Shown: piece after piece, positions 28,002 through 37,816 of the stretch
Numbering within the stretch: the stretch's first letter is position 1
How the letters are laid out: every line of letters starts with the position of its first letter
Source: Patescibacteria group bacterium
GTDB taxonomy: Bacteria; Patescibacteriota; Minisyncoccia; Phycocordibacterales; JAKAEA01
DNA length: 64,000 nucleotides
Assembly: GCA_040387855.1 (NCBI GenBank)
Contig: JAZKCY010000001.1
Coordinates: 381,857 to 445,856 of the forward strand
Reading direction: 5' to 3'
Notes under the pieces: generated by a model
The model's input: the letters and a program-made list of their open reading frames with translations, nothing else
Database searches by the model: none
What the model was told of the DNA's origin: nothing
Position numbers and translations under genes: made by a program

Positions 28002-29540
28002 ATGACGGACACTGAATTACAGGCACAAGCAGCACATGCACAAGGTTTAGCATACTTAGAAAAAGGTATGTTTGGTGAGGCACTATTTCATCTAAAAAAA
28101 GCAATTACATTAGTCCCTAATTATTTAGAAGCACACAACACTTTGGGGCGAGCCTATAATGAAACAGGTGACTTCGAGTTGTCTATACAAACATGTCTCC
28201 ATATACTAAGTCAAAATCCACAGGCATATTTTGTGTTACAAAATATTGCTAAATCGTATGGAGAAATGGGACGACACGCTGAAGCACTGTCGTATTATTA
28301 CAGGTATATCGCTCTTAGTCCTACTGCGGCTACAGCCTACAGTGACCTTTTTTTAACACTAAATTATCTACCAATGTCGCGTGAAGCAATGTTTGTAGAA
28401 CATTATAAGTTTCATATATTTGATAAAAATAATACAAATAGTAACTATCTGTATCAGAAAAATATTCATGATAGTAGTAAAAGAAAAATCAAAGTTGGTT
28501 ATGTTTCAGGGGATTTAAGAGAGCATCCTGTAGCGCATCTTTTTGTTCCTGTTATAAAAAATCATGACAGATCAAAATTCAATATTCATATCTATAATAA
28601 TACGCATAGTCAAGATGATGTTACCAAGAAAATAAAGAATTATGGTGATACCTGGCGCGATATACAAGCACTTTCGCATGAAGATACACTAGAACTCATT
28701 AGGTCAGATAATTTAGATATTCTTGTGGATTTATCTGGACATACTGGCAGTAATAGACTTTTGATTTTTGCAGCTCGGGCTGCTCCAATACAGGTAGCGT
28801 GGTTGGGATATATGAATACTACGGGTCTTAAAAATATGGATTATAGAATTACAGATTTTAATTTGTCAGTACCTGATTCTGAAAAATACTATACTGAAAA
28901 GTTATGGCGAGTTACAAATTCTTTTACGTTCGATCCACTTATGGAGTTGCCTGATATCGATGATTTACCAGCTTTAAAAAATGGGTTTATAACATTTGCC
29001 TCATTAAATAATTATAAAAAGATTACTTCTCATGTTTATGATGTATGGGCAGATATTTTAAGAAAGATACCAACATCACGCTTGGTATTTTCGCTCAAGG
29101 GTAATGACACGCTTAAACAGTCGGTACTTACAAAATTTGAACTAAGAGGTATTAGTTCAGATCGAATTAAAATAATTGATCAAAAATTGATTGAAGATTA
29201 TGTGAAATTTTTCAATGATATAGATATATTATTAGATCCATTTCCATTTACAGGGTGTATTACTGTATTTCATGGTCTGTGGGGTGGAGTGCCATCTATC
29301 GTTATGGAAGGAGTAACAGAATATGAGCGTAACGGTCCAACTGTTATGAAAAAAGTTGGATTAGATTCATGTATTGCACATAATCCTCAAGAATATGTAG
29401 ATATCGCAGTTTATTGGGCAAGTCATTTTGATGAATTGGCTGAATTGCGTAAAAAAATGCGTGAAAAGTTCCCTAAAAATGAGGATAAACTAGTAACAAA
29501 AGGCATTGAAGACGCATTTATAAAAATGTATAATAGATAG
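28002..29540 (+). CDS. TPR plus GT41 (SPINDLY/OGT family) protein glycosyltransferase
   Basis: N-terminal TPRs; GYVSGDLREHPV, DLSGHT, APIQVAWLGYMNTTG, NNYKK, LDPFPF. Confidence 0.9.
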   Translation: MTDTELQAQAAHAQGLAYLEKGMFGEALFHLKKAITLVPNYLEAHNTLGRAYNETGDFELSIQTCLHILSQNPQAYFVLQNIAKSYGEMGRHAEALSYYYRYIALSPTAATAYSDLFLTLNYLPMSREAMFVEHYKFHIFDKNNTNSNYLYQKNIHDSSKRKIKVGYVSGDLREHPVAHLFVPVIKNHDRSKFNIHIYNNTHSQDDVTKKIKNYGDTWRDIQALSHEDTLELIRSDNLDILVDLSGHTGSNRLLIFAARAAPIQVAWLGYMNTTGLKNMDYRITDFNLSVPDSEKYYTEKLWRVTNSFTFDPLMELPDIDDLPALKNGFITFASLNNYKKITSHVYDVWADILRKIPTSRLVFSLKGNDTLKQSVLTKFELRGISSDRIKIIDQKLIEDYVKFFNDIDILLDPFPFTGCITVFHGLWGGVPSIVMEGVTEYERNGPTVMKKVGLDSCIAHNPQEYVDIAVYWASHFDELAELRKKMREKFPKNEDKLVTKGIEDAFIKMYNR

Positions 29541-29545
29541 TATCT

Positions 29546-29938
29546 ATGGCTATAAATGTATCGCGTAATCGAATTGACTTTAATGATATTCGTGCGGAGT
29601 CTGCTGAATTTAGAGACAGTGCAGAAAGTGTAAATGCAATTGGTAGTGCGTCAGGTGCTGAGGCAATTGATTATTCACTGGGCAATGTCGTAACAGCAAC
29701 AACAACTGGTGCAACTGTCTGGTCTGTGACAAATCCACCTGCATCAGGAAAAGCTGGGAGTTTTACCCTTATTCTTACAAACGGCGGTAGCCAGACTCAA
29801 ACATGGATGAGTGGTACAAAATGGCCAAGTGGAGCAGCGCCAACACTTACTTCGTCAGGGATAGATATACTTACCTTTTTTACGGTTGATGCTGGTACTA
29901 CATGGTATGGAGTGTTGGCAATGAGTGCTATGGCTTAA
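29546..29938 (+). CDS. Small beta-rich protein resembling phage tail-fibre distal domains
   Basis: IDYSLGNV, TNPPASGKAGSFTLIL, KWPSGAAPTLT, DILTFFT.D.GTTWYG. Confidence 0.6.
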   Translation: MAINVSRNRIDFNDIRAESAEFRDSAESVNAIGSASGAEAIDYSLGNVVTATTTGATVWSVTNPPASGKAGSFTLILTNGGSQTQTWMSGTKWPSGAAPTLTSSGIDILTFFTVDAGTTWYGVLAMSAMA

Positions 29939-29958
29939 TATTTTTTGATTATTGCACT

Positions 29959-32900
29959 ATGTTTGGACTAGGAGCAAAAATGAGAGCAATTCAACAAACG
30001 GTTGTAGCTATTATTGATAATAGTTATCTTTTTGGTTGGGGGAAAAATACTTCCGGTCAAATTGGTAATAGCTCATTAACGAGTCAATCAAGTCCTGTTG
30101 GTCTAGGTACAACTTCTGATTGGAAAATGCTCTCTGGAGCATACACATTTTCGGCGGGAATCAAGACAAATGGGACACTATGGACATGGGGCGCTGGGAT
30201 ATTCGGAACTTTGGGGGATAATACAGATTCAGTTGCAAAATCAAGTCCAATTCAAGTTGGAACACTCAGTGATTGGGATACTGTTAGTACAGCAAAATTT
30301 CATGCTTTAGCTCGTAAAACAAATGGAACGATCTGGGGATGGGGGTTTAATGGTGGTGGTCAACTTGGCCAAAATAATATTACAGATAGATCAAGCCCAG
30401 TTCAGATTGGGACTTTAGGTACTTGGACCCATATTTTTACCGGTGGTCAAATATCAGGTGCGCGAAAAAGTGATGGAACACTGTGGTCATGGGGCCGAAA
30501 CACCTATGGGGCACTTGGAATCAATGCTGCAGGAGATAGATCAAGTCCTATTCAAATTGGAACTTTGACAACATGGGATCATATGTCTTTCGGATACCGA
30601 ACTGGATTGGCAAGAAAAACCGATGGTACCATTTGGGGATGGGGCAATAACAATCTTGGACAAATTGGTAACAGTACGGTTGTTAACAGATCAAGCCCTG
30701 GACAAATCGGTACTCTTACAACCTGGAGTAGTATTCATGCAGGGAACTTACATGGTATAGGCCGAAGGTCAGATGGTACATTGTGGGGTTGGGGTTGGGC
30801 TGGAAAAGTTGGAGATAATACTGCAACCAATAAATCAAGTCCAGTACAAATTGGAACATTAAGCTCATGGCTACATGTCGCTACTGGTTATGACCACACA
30901 CTGGCAAAAAGATCAGATGGAACTATTTGGAGTTGGGGATATGCTACATACGGTCGTTTGGGGGATAATGCCACTACTGATAGATCGAGTCCTGTGCAAA
31001 TTGGAACACTAACAGAATGGGATTCCATTTTTGCAGGGAGCAGTTCTCATTCTTCGTTTGCTTTAAAAAGATATAATCTAGGTATGTTTGCATGGGGAGT
31101 AGGTTCCCTCGGTCAAATAGGAAATAATGATGTAAGTCAACAAGATAGTCCGTTACAAGTGGGTACACTCACTTCATGGGAGGGTGTAGCTGTTGGTGCT
31201 AGTACCGTGCATGCATGGAAATCAGATGGAACACTGTGGACATGGGGTAGAAACTCATACGGTCGTTTGGGAGATAACACAACCACGAACAGATCAAGTC
31301 CAGTCCAAATTGGTACCCTTAATGTATGGAAAATGGCAGCTTCAGGTACAGGCCACTCAAGTGCTGTAAGAACTAACGGAACATTGTGGTCATGGGGATC
31401 TGGTGCAAACGGAGAAATGGGAGATAACACAGCAATTTCTAAATCAAGTCCAGTACAAGTAGGAACACTCTCAATTTGGGCAGAAACGTCCGCAGGAAGT
31501 ACATTCACCGTTGCGCGTCGAACAAATAATACTATTTGGTCATGGGGTAGTAACTTGTATGGTCGTTTGGGTCAAAGCACTACTACAAATAGATCTAGTC
31601 CAGTGCAAATTGGAACATTAAGTAACTGGTCTGGTATTTCTGCAGGAGGCCAACATGCACTAGGAATAAAAACTGACGGTGGTATTTGGGCATGGGGTCT
31701 GAACACCTCTGGACAAATGGGAGATAATACTGCTGTTACAAAATCAAGTCCTGTTCGTATTGGGACTCTTACAAACTGGAAAGGTATTTCAGCGGGTGCA
31801 TCTCACAATGTTGCGTGGAAAACTGACGGATCATTATGGGCATGGGGAATAAATACAAACGGAAGATTGGGAGATAATACTACTACAACCAGATCAAGTC
31901 CTGTGCGTATTGGGACTTTATCTGATTGGGCTTCAGCTTCTGCCCAACTAGAGCATACTATTGCTCGAAAGACAGACGGTACGCTATGGGCCTGGGGAAA
32001 GGGAGACTATGGTCAGCTTGGAGATGGAATTGCACGACTTAAGAACACACCACTTCAAATCGGTACGCTAACAAACTGGGGAACTGTATCTATGGGAGCC
32101 TCACACACCGTTGCATGGAAAACAAATAATACTATTTGGGGATGGGGAATTGGGGGCCAAGTGGGAGACAATACCGCTGTTACAAGATCAAGCCCCGTAC
32201 AAATTGGAACGCTATCTACATGGCAATCTATTGATACTGGTGATTCACATACTGTAGCTATAAAGACTGACGGTACAATGTGGGCATGGGGAGCAAACAC
32301 GTCAGGCCAAGTAGGAGACAATACGAATGTTACAAAATCAAGTCCTGTACAGATTGGAACTTTAAACACATGGGCAAGTGTGTCGGCTGGAAATATTCAC
32401 TCTATTGCTCGAAAAACAGATAGTAGTATTTGGTCATGGGGACTTGGAAGTGTGGGTGCACTTGGAGATAATACAGCCACTACCAAATCAAGCCCGGTAC
32501 GAATTGGTACACTTAATACCTGGGCAAGTGTGACTGCTGGTGGAAACCACTCTCATGCAATAAAAGCTGATGGATCATTGTGGTCATGGGGTTACAATTT
32601 TTATGGGCAATTAGGCGATAGTTCAAATGTGGCTAAATCAAGTCCTGTTCGAGTTGGTACGCTCAATGATTGGTCAATTGTATCAGCAGGAATTCAGCAT
32701 TCATTAGCAATCAAAACAAACGGGACATTGTGGGCATGGGGATTTGGAACTTCCGGACAGCTTGGAGATAATACGGGTGGAACCTTCTCAAGTCCAATTC
32801 AAATTGGTACGCTCACTACTTGGGCTGGGGTGTCTGCAGGTGCAGAACACTCTCTTGGATGGAAAGCTGATGGAACTTTGTGGGCCTGGGGCTACAATGC

Positions 32901-33174
32901 ATCCGGACAATTGGGAGACGGTACATTTACTCAATATCTTAGTCCTATTCAAGTTGGTACGGTTTCTACATGGAGTACTGCTTCAGCTGGACCAAACCAC
33001 AGTGGTGCTGTGAGAGCCGATGGGACATTATGGATGTGGGGAACTCGTCTTAATGGTAGAATCGGAGATAACAACATGCCGGGTAAATCGAGCCCAATTA
33101 AAATAGGTACCATGAACGATTGGCGTACATTGGGTAACGGTCCAAATGGACTGATGAGTATTTCAATTAAATAA
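29959..33174 (+). CDS. RCC1/BLIP-II repeat protein with 21 repeats (three predicted beta-propellers), no signal peptide
   Basis: Repeat DGTLWxWGxNxxGQLGDNTxxxxSSPVQIGTLxxW counted 21 times; start set at ATG 29959. Confidence 0.9.
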   Translation: MFGLGAKMRAIQQTVVAIIDNSYLFGWGKNTSGQIGNSSLTSQSSPVGLGTTSDWKMLSGAYTFSAGIKTNGTLWTWGAGIFGTLGDNTDSVAKSSPIQVGTLSDWDTVSTAKFHALARKTNGTIWGWGFNGGGQLGQNNITDRSSPVQIGTLGTWTHIFTGGQISGARKSDGTLWSWGRNTYGALGINAAGDRSSPIQIGTLTTWDHMSFGYRTGLARKTDGTIWGWGNNNLGQIGNSTVVNRSSPGQIGTLTTWSSIHAGNLHGIGRRSDGTLWGWGWAGKVGDNTATNKSSPVQIGTLSSWLHVATGYDHTLAKRSDGTIWSWGYATYGRLGDNATTDRSSPVQIGTLTEWDSIFAGSSSHSSFALKRYNLGMFAWGVGSLGQIGNNDVSQQDSPLQVGTLTSWEGVAVGASTVHAWKSDGTLWTWGRNSYGRLGDNTTTNRSSPVQIGTLNVWKMAASGTGHSSAVRTNGTLWSWGSGANGEMGDNTAISKSSPVQVGTLSIWAETSAGSTFTVARRTNNTIWSWGSNLYGRLGQSTTTNRSSPVQIGTLSNWSGISAGGQHALGIKTDGGIWAWGLNTSGQMGDNTAVTKSSPVRIGTLTNWKGISAGASHNVAWKTDGSLWAWGINTNGRLGDNTTTTRSSPVRIGTLSDWASASAQLEHTIARKTDGTLWAWGKGDYGQLGDGIARLKNTPLQIGTLTNWGTVSMGASHTVAWKTNNTIWGWGIGGQVGDNTAVTRSSPVQIGTLSTWQSIDTGDSHTVAIKTDGTMWAWGANTSGQVGDNTNVTKSSPVQIGTLNTWASVSAGNIHSIARKTDSSIWSWGLGSVGALGDNTATTKSSPVRIGTLNTWASVTAGGNHSHAIKADGSLWSWGYNFYGQLGDSSNVAKSSPVRVGTLNDWSIVSAGIQHSLAIKTNGTLWAWGFGTSGQLGDNTGGTFSSPIQIGTLTTWAGVSAGAEHSLGWKADGTLWAWGYNASGQLGDGTFTQYLSPIQVGTVSTWSTASAGPNHSGAVRADGTLWMWGTRLNGRIGDNNMPGKSSPIKIGTMNDWRTLGNGPNGLMSISIK

Positions 33175-33180
33175 TATTTT

Positions 33181-35124
33181 ATGGCAACCCTTACTGAAAT
33201 TCTAGAAATATCTGGAACATTAGAAAAAGCAGAAGAAATAGCTCGGCAATTAGTAGTGCAAGATCCAACATATATGTTGGATCTTCAGCTTATATTGAGC
33301 GCTCGTGGTAAAGTTGCAGAATCTAAAAAAATTATTGAAGATCTGAGTAATAAGTTTCCCAATGATCATAGAATAGCTTTCAACCAAGGATGGCACGTAT
33401 TGAATGAAGGTGATTTACAGCGGGGAATGGAACTCATAGATCGAGGAAGAAATGTGGGGGTATTTGGTTCACCCGCACTTCAAACAGATAAGCCCTTATG
33501 GGATGGGAAAAATGCCAAAGGAAAAACTATTTTACTTCGATGTGAAGGAGGATTGGGAGATGAAATTCTTAATATTCGTTTTGCTAAAGATATAGCAGAG
33601 AGAGGTGGAACAGTTATAGTAGCTTGTGATAAAGGTTTGCAAAGCGTGTTCTCTCGAGTTTCAGGCGTCGCCAAAACTATTTCTTTAGATCACATTCAAG
33701 ATGAGTACTTTGATGCATGGGTACCTGCTATGAGCGCTGTAAGAGTGTGTGGTCACACTTATGAAACACTTCCAAGTGAAGCTTATATTACTGCTTTACC
33801 AGAGAAAATTGCAGAATGGAATAAGACTGTTAATGCTGATAATGGAGTGTTGAAAGTTGGAATACGCTGGTCTGGCAATGCAGAATTTGAACATGAACAA
33901 ATGCGAAGATTCCCTTTCAAGCATATCTTGGATGTATTTGAAACTCCCAATGCTAAATTTTTTAGTTTACAACGTGATTCGGATTTGAAAGTGTTACCTC
34001 CTGAAGTTGTCGATTTAAGTGGTCTTATGAATACATGGGAAGATACAGCAGGAGTTATTGCAAACTTAGATTTAGTAATAACTTCATGTACAAGTGTTGC
34101 TCATATGGCGGCAGCAATGGGCAAAGAAACATGGATTATTGTTCCACTAATGCCATATTATACGTGGGCTATGCCTGGGAATAAAACTCCATGGTATAAA
34201 AGCGTGACGTTGTATAGACAAGAATCAGACACAAACTGGGAAGCCTCATTTATAAAGGTACGACAAGCATTAGAAGAATCGACAACTCAAGTAATACGTA
34301 CTAGTATTGATCCAATGCAAAATCACACAAAAAAGACGCTCCATTTCGTAGCAGGACTACCGCGTTCTGGTAGTACTATGCTCATTAGTTTGCTTGCCCA
34401 AAATCCTACTATTTTCGGTGCACCCGTTTCAGGTTTGGCTGGTATTGTAAACGGAGTAAATACTAATTGGGATAAAATAGAATTTCATAAGGAAGTTCCT
34501 AATGAAGAAGCAAAGATGTATACCTTGCGAGCTATTTTAGATAGCTATCATGCTGCAACATCTAAACCAATTATCCTAGATAAAGAGCGTCATTGGATTC
34601 GTTATATTTTATTGCTTGAAAAGTTATTAGACAGAAAAGTGAAAGTAATTGTTCCTGTTCGTCCTATTGCAGAAATACTCACTTCATTTGAAGTATTGCG
34701 ACAAAAGAATCCATTAACTCTCACAATGGTGGATGAAGTACTTGGTCCGAAATCTACATTATCTACACGTTGTGATTACTTTATGAATGAAGAAGGTCCT
34801 GTAGGGAGTTGTATCAATTATACTCGTGATGCTGTCATTTCCGGCTTGAGTGATCGTTTATTATTTGTGGATTACAATAAATTTATTGCTAATCCCGAGC
34901 GTGATCTAAAACGAATATATAGTTTCTTAGAAATCCCTTATTTTGAGCATGATTTGCATAACATAAAGCAGCTTACTATGAGTGATGATTCAATATGGAA
35001 GTATCCAGGATTACATGATGTTCGATCTGTCGTATCAAAAATCTCTGCTGATCCTATAAGTGTCCTTGGTCCTGAGCTTGTAGCAAAGTTTAGTCAGGGT
35101 GAACCATGGGAAAATTGGACATAA
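33181..35124 (+). CDS. TPR-like plus GT-B (GT9-like) glycosyltransferase plus sulfotransferase fusion
   Basis: EGGLGDEI, VGIRWSGN, DLVITSCTSVAHMAAAMGK; C-terminal FVAGLPRSGSTML PAPS-binding loop. Confidence 0.8.
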   Translation: MATLTEILEISGTLEKAEEIARQLVVQDPTYMLDLQLILSARGKVAESKKIIEDLSNKFPNDHRIAFNQGWHVLNEGDLQRGMELIDRGRNVGVFGSPALQTDKPLWDGKNAKGKTILLRCEGGLGDEILNIRFAKDIAERGGTVIVACDKGLQSVFSRVSGVAKTISLDHIQDEYFDAWVPAMSAVRVCGHTYETLPSEAYITALPEKIAEWNKTVNADNGVLKVGIRWSGNAEFEHEQMRRFPFKHILDVFETPNAKFFSLQRDSDLKVLPPEVVDLSGLMNTWEDTAGVIANLDLVITSCTSVAHMAAAMGKETWIIVPLMPYYTWAMPGNKTPWYKSVTLYRQESDTNWEASFIKVRQALEESTTQVIRTSIDPMQNHTKKTLHFVAGLPRSGSTMLISLLAQNPTIFGAPVSGLAGIVNGVNTNWDKIEFHKEVPNEEAKMYTLRAILDSYHAATSKPIILDKERHWIRYILLLEKLLDRKVKVIVPVRPIAEILTSFEVLRQKNPLTLTMVDEVLGPKSTLSTRCDYFMNEEGPVGSCINYTRDAVISGLSDRLLFVDYNKFIANPERDLKRIYSFLEIPYFEHDLHNIKQLTMSDDSIWKYPGLHDVRSVVSKISADPISVLGPELVAKFSQGEPWENWT

Positions 35125-35139
35125 TCCAATACGTTAAGT

Positions 35140-36459
35140 ATGAAACATTTCCATACAAATATTCAAGGATGGTTTTTTGCAGAATATTTTTTTGCTGACA
35201 TTGTTAAAAATGCACCTGATGGTGCGCATTTTGTTGAAGTTGGAAGTTGGAAAGGAAAGAGTGCTGTTTTTATGGCAGTTGAGATTGCCAACAGTGGAAA
35301 GCGAATAAAATTTGATTGTATTGACCATTGGAAGGGCTCGAAAGATACATACTTAGAAAACGAAGATCAAGCTGTTAAAGACGGTAATCTTTTTGAGGTT
35401 TTTAAAGAGAATATTGAGCCAGTACAAGAGTACATAAATGCTATCGATGGAGATAGCGCTGCTACAGCTTCACGTTATGCAGACGGATCTCTTGATTTTA
35501 TCTATATAGATGCTGCACATGATTATGAAAGCGTAAAAAGAGATATTAAGGCTTGGTTACCCAAATTAAAGTCAGATGGAGTCATTGCTGGGGATGATTT
35601 TACTGAAGCATTCCCTGGATTAGTTCAAGCTGTGCAAGAAATATTCCCTCAAGGATTATCAGTAATTCACCCTACATGGGTTGTGGATCGACGTACAATA
35701 AATTCAGAACAAGGATGTTCGATAATCTTTAGATGCCATACTGGTGATAATGTTCATGATGGAGTACGATTTGCTGGGGTAAGTAAAACAGAACTTGTTG
35801 TTAAGTGTTTTAAATCTATAGTGTCGGCAGCAGAAATTGTAAACCGTGATATTGAAATTGTGATTGTAGATGATCATTCAGAAAAGAAATGTATTGAAGC
35901 ACTTGAAGATGTGCTAACAACTTCACGACATCCACATAAAATAATTCATGTAACAGACACAGGTAATAAAGCATCGTTACGAGAATCATTCGAATATGCT
36001 CGTGATTATGGTAAAGAGCTTGTTTATTTTGTGGAGGATGATTATTTACACCTCCCTACATCATTACTGGAAATGATCGAGCAACAAACTGAGTTTAAAA
36101 ATAACTTAAACAATAAAGAAGTGGCATTTTATCCCGTTGATTATCCAGATCGATATCAACCTCAAGGAATATATCAATCAATGATAGTTCTTGGCAAACA
36201 CCGTCACTGGAGAACTACTCGACACTCAACACTTACTTTTTTTTCTTCTCGGAAAGCAGTTTTTGAATATTGGGAATTATTTGAAAAAATGTGGCAAGGG
36301 GAGGGTAATTTTGTAGATGAAGATCAAACGGTAAATAAACTGTGGGGTCCAGATATTCAGCTCTTTTCTCCAATTCCAACACTCGCTATTCATATGCAAT
36401 TCGAAGAACACAAACCTCCTTTTGTTGATTGGCAAAAGTATTGGGATGCTATACAGTAA
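35140..36459 (+). CDS. Class I SAM methyltransferase (Methyltransf_24-like) fused to a GT2-like domain
   Basis: VEVGSWKGKS, FIYIDAAHDYESV, GDD; then IVDDHS, YFVEDDYLH. Confidence 0.85.
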   Translation: MKHFHTNIQGWFFAEYFFADIVKNAPDGAHFVEVGSWKGKSAVFMAVEIANSGKRIKFDCIDHWKGSKDTYLENEDQAVKDGNLFEVFKENIEPVQEYINAIDGDSAATASRYADGSLDFIYIDAAHDYESVKRDIKAWLPKLKSDGVIAGDDFTEAFPGLVQAVQEIFPQGLSVIHPTWVVDRRTINSEQGCSIIFRCHTGDNVHDGVRFAGVSKTELVVKCFKSIVSAAEIVNRDIEIVIVDDHSEKKCIEALEDVLTTSRHPHKIIHVTDTGNKASLRESFEYARDYGKELVYFVEDDYLHLPTSLLEMIEQQTEFKNNLNNKEVAFYPVDYPDRYQPQGIYQSMIVLGKHRHWRTTRHSTLTFFSSRKAVFEYWELFEKMWQGEGNFVDEDQTVNKLWGPDIQLFSPIPTLAIHMQFEEHKPPFVDWQKYWDAIQ

Positions 36460-36463
36460 CACT

Positions 36464-37033
36464 ATGAAATTAAATCTTGGCTGTGGCTTCAATAAACTGG
36501 ATGGATATATAAATGTAGATAATTCGGCTGTATGTAAGCCTGATCAGGTGTTTGATATAGAATCGACCCCATGGCCTTGGCAAGATAGTTCGATTGACGA
36601 GATCAGATTAGATCATGTTTTGGAGCACATTGGTGTGGACCCAAAAACATATATTTCAGTATGGAAAGAAATATGGCGCGTATCAAAACCCAATGCTCAG
36701 ATTTTTATTCGAGTTCCACACTGGAGGCATGAAAACTTTGCACATGATCCTACACATGTACGTCCTATTACTCCTGTTGGTATTGCCATGTTTGATCAGC
36801 TACGTAACAGGGAAGACGAAAAGCGTGGAGGTCAAGAAACAAAGCTTGGACTTATGTATGCAATAGATGTTGCTATAGAACGTGTTGAATATGTGTTTGT
36901 CCCCGAAATACAGCAAGCTTTAGAAAAGAAATTTATATCTCAAGAAAAAGCTTCTTCACTTATGGAACATGAAAATAATGTATGTCAGGAAATTAAAATC
37001 GGTGTGCGAGTTATGAAGCCTTGTCGAGGCTAG
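36464..37033 (+). CDS. SAM-dependent methyltransferase (type 11-like)
   Basis: KLNLGCG, GYINVD, HVLEH, DPTHVR. Confidence 0.85.
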   Translation: MKLNLGCGFNKLDGYINVDNSAVCKPDQVFDIESTPWPWQDSSIDEIRLDHVLEHIGVDPKTYISVWKEIWRVSKPNAQIFIRVPHWRHENFAHDPTHVRPITPVGIAMFDQLRNREDEKRGGQETKLGLMYAIDVAIERVEYVFVPEIQQALEKKFISQEKASSLMEHENNVCQEIKIGVRVMKPCRG

Positions 37034-37045
37034 CATCGATAAACT

Positions 37046-37816
37046 ATGAAATTAGATATTATTTTACGGACACATTCTTTAGGTAATGTGCATCCAGAAA
37101 AAAGAGTAATGACGGATTCTAAGGAAGAAATGCTTATTAAATGTGTTTTTTCTTTAATAAAATCAATAGATACTATCAAAGGTGCTCATGATATAAAGCT
37201 AGCAATAATAGATGATCACTCTTCTGAATTATGTATGCAGAAGCTTAAAAAAATGGTGAGTGATCTTAAATATCCCTATATATTAATACATCTTGAAGAT
37301 ACGGGAAATAATGCTTCTTTAAAAAAGTGTTATGAATATGCGCATGATAATGCGCGTGATGTTATTTATTTTGTAGAGGATGATTATCTACATAATCCGA
37401 GCGCTCTAGTAGAGATGATTGAATCATATGAGCTGTTCCAATCCAATTTAGGGGGAACAGATATCGCATTATTGCCGTATGATGATCCCGATAATTATAA
37501 ACCAGGTTGGATTCATCCCAGCCGAATAGTATTGAGCAAAAATCGCTATTGGAGAACAAATACAATTACAAATGGTACCTTCATGATATCAAAGAAAGTA
37601 CTATTGGATTTTTGGGATACATTTATGGCATTTACTCAATATGGTACAGGTTTGAAGTCTAATGAATCTGCAACAATAAATAAAATTTGGAGTGAGTCTG
37701 TTCGCCTTTTTACTCCTATGCCAAGCTTGGCAATTCATATGCATCATACATTGAGAATGTCTCCATTTATTGATTGGAAAAGTTTGTGGGATTCAATGGA
37801 TACATCACATTTATGA
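37046..37816 (+). CDS. GT2/GT-A-fold glycosyltransferase
   Basis: IIDDHS, YFVEDDYLH, LFTPMPSLAIHM. Confidence 0.75.
   Translation: MKLDIILRTHSLGNVHPEKRVMTDSKEEMLIKCVFSLIKSIDTIKGAHDIKLAIIDDHSSELCMQKLKKMVSDLKYPYILIHLEDTGNNASLKKCYEYAHDNARDVIYFVEDDYLHNPSALVEMIESYELFQSNLGGTDIALLPYDDPDNYKPGWIHPSRIVLSKNRYWRTNTITNGTFMISKKVLLDFWDTFMAFTQYGTGLKSNESATINKIWSESVRLFTPMPSLAIHMHHTLRMSPFIDWKSLWDSMDTSHL

Noticed and set aside
29902-29958. Overlap of the 130-aa ORF with the RCC1 frame as a programmed frameshift fusion
   Set aside because: No slippery heptamer in the overlap; ATG 29959 explains the RCC1 start
29959-33174. Regular ~150-nt repeats (tcaagtcc...) suggesting a CRISPR array or DGR
   Set aside because: They are in-frame RCC1 coding repeats with synonymous variation; no cas or reverse transcriptase gene and no adenine-specific TR/VR pair was seen
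21622-33174. Prophage
   Set aside because: Fibre-like genes only; no capsid, portal, terminase, integrase or lysis genes, and the fibre has a signal peptide
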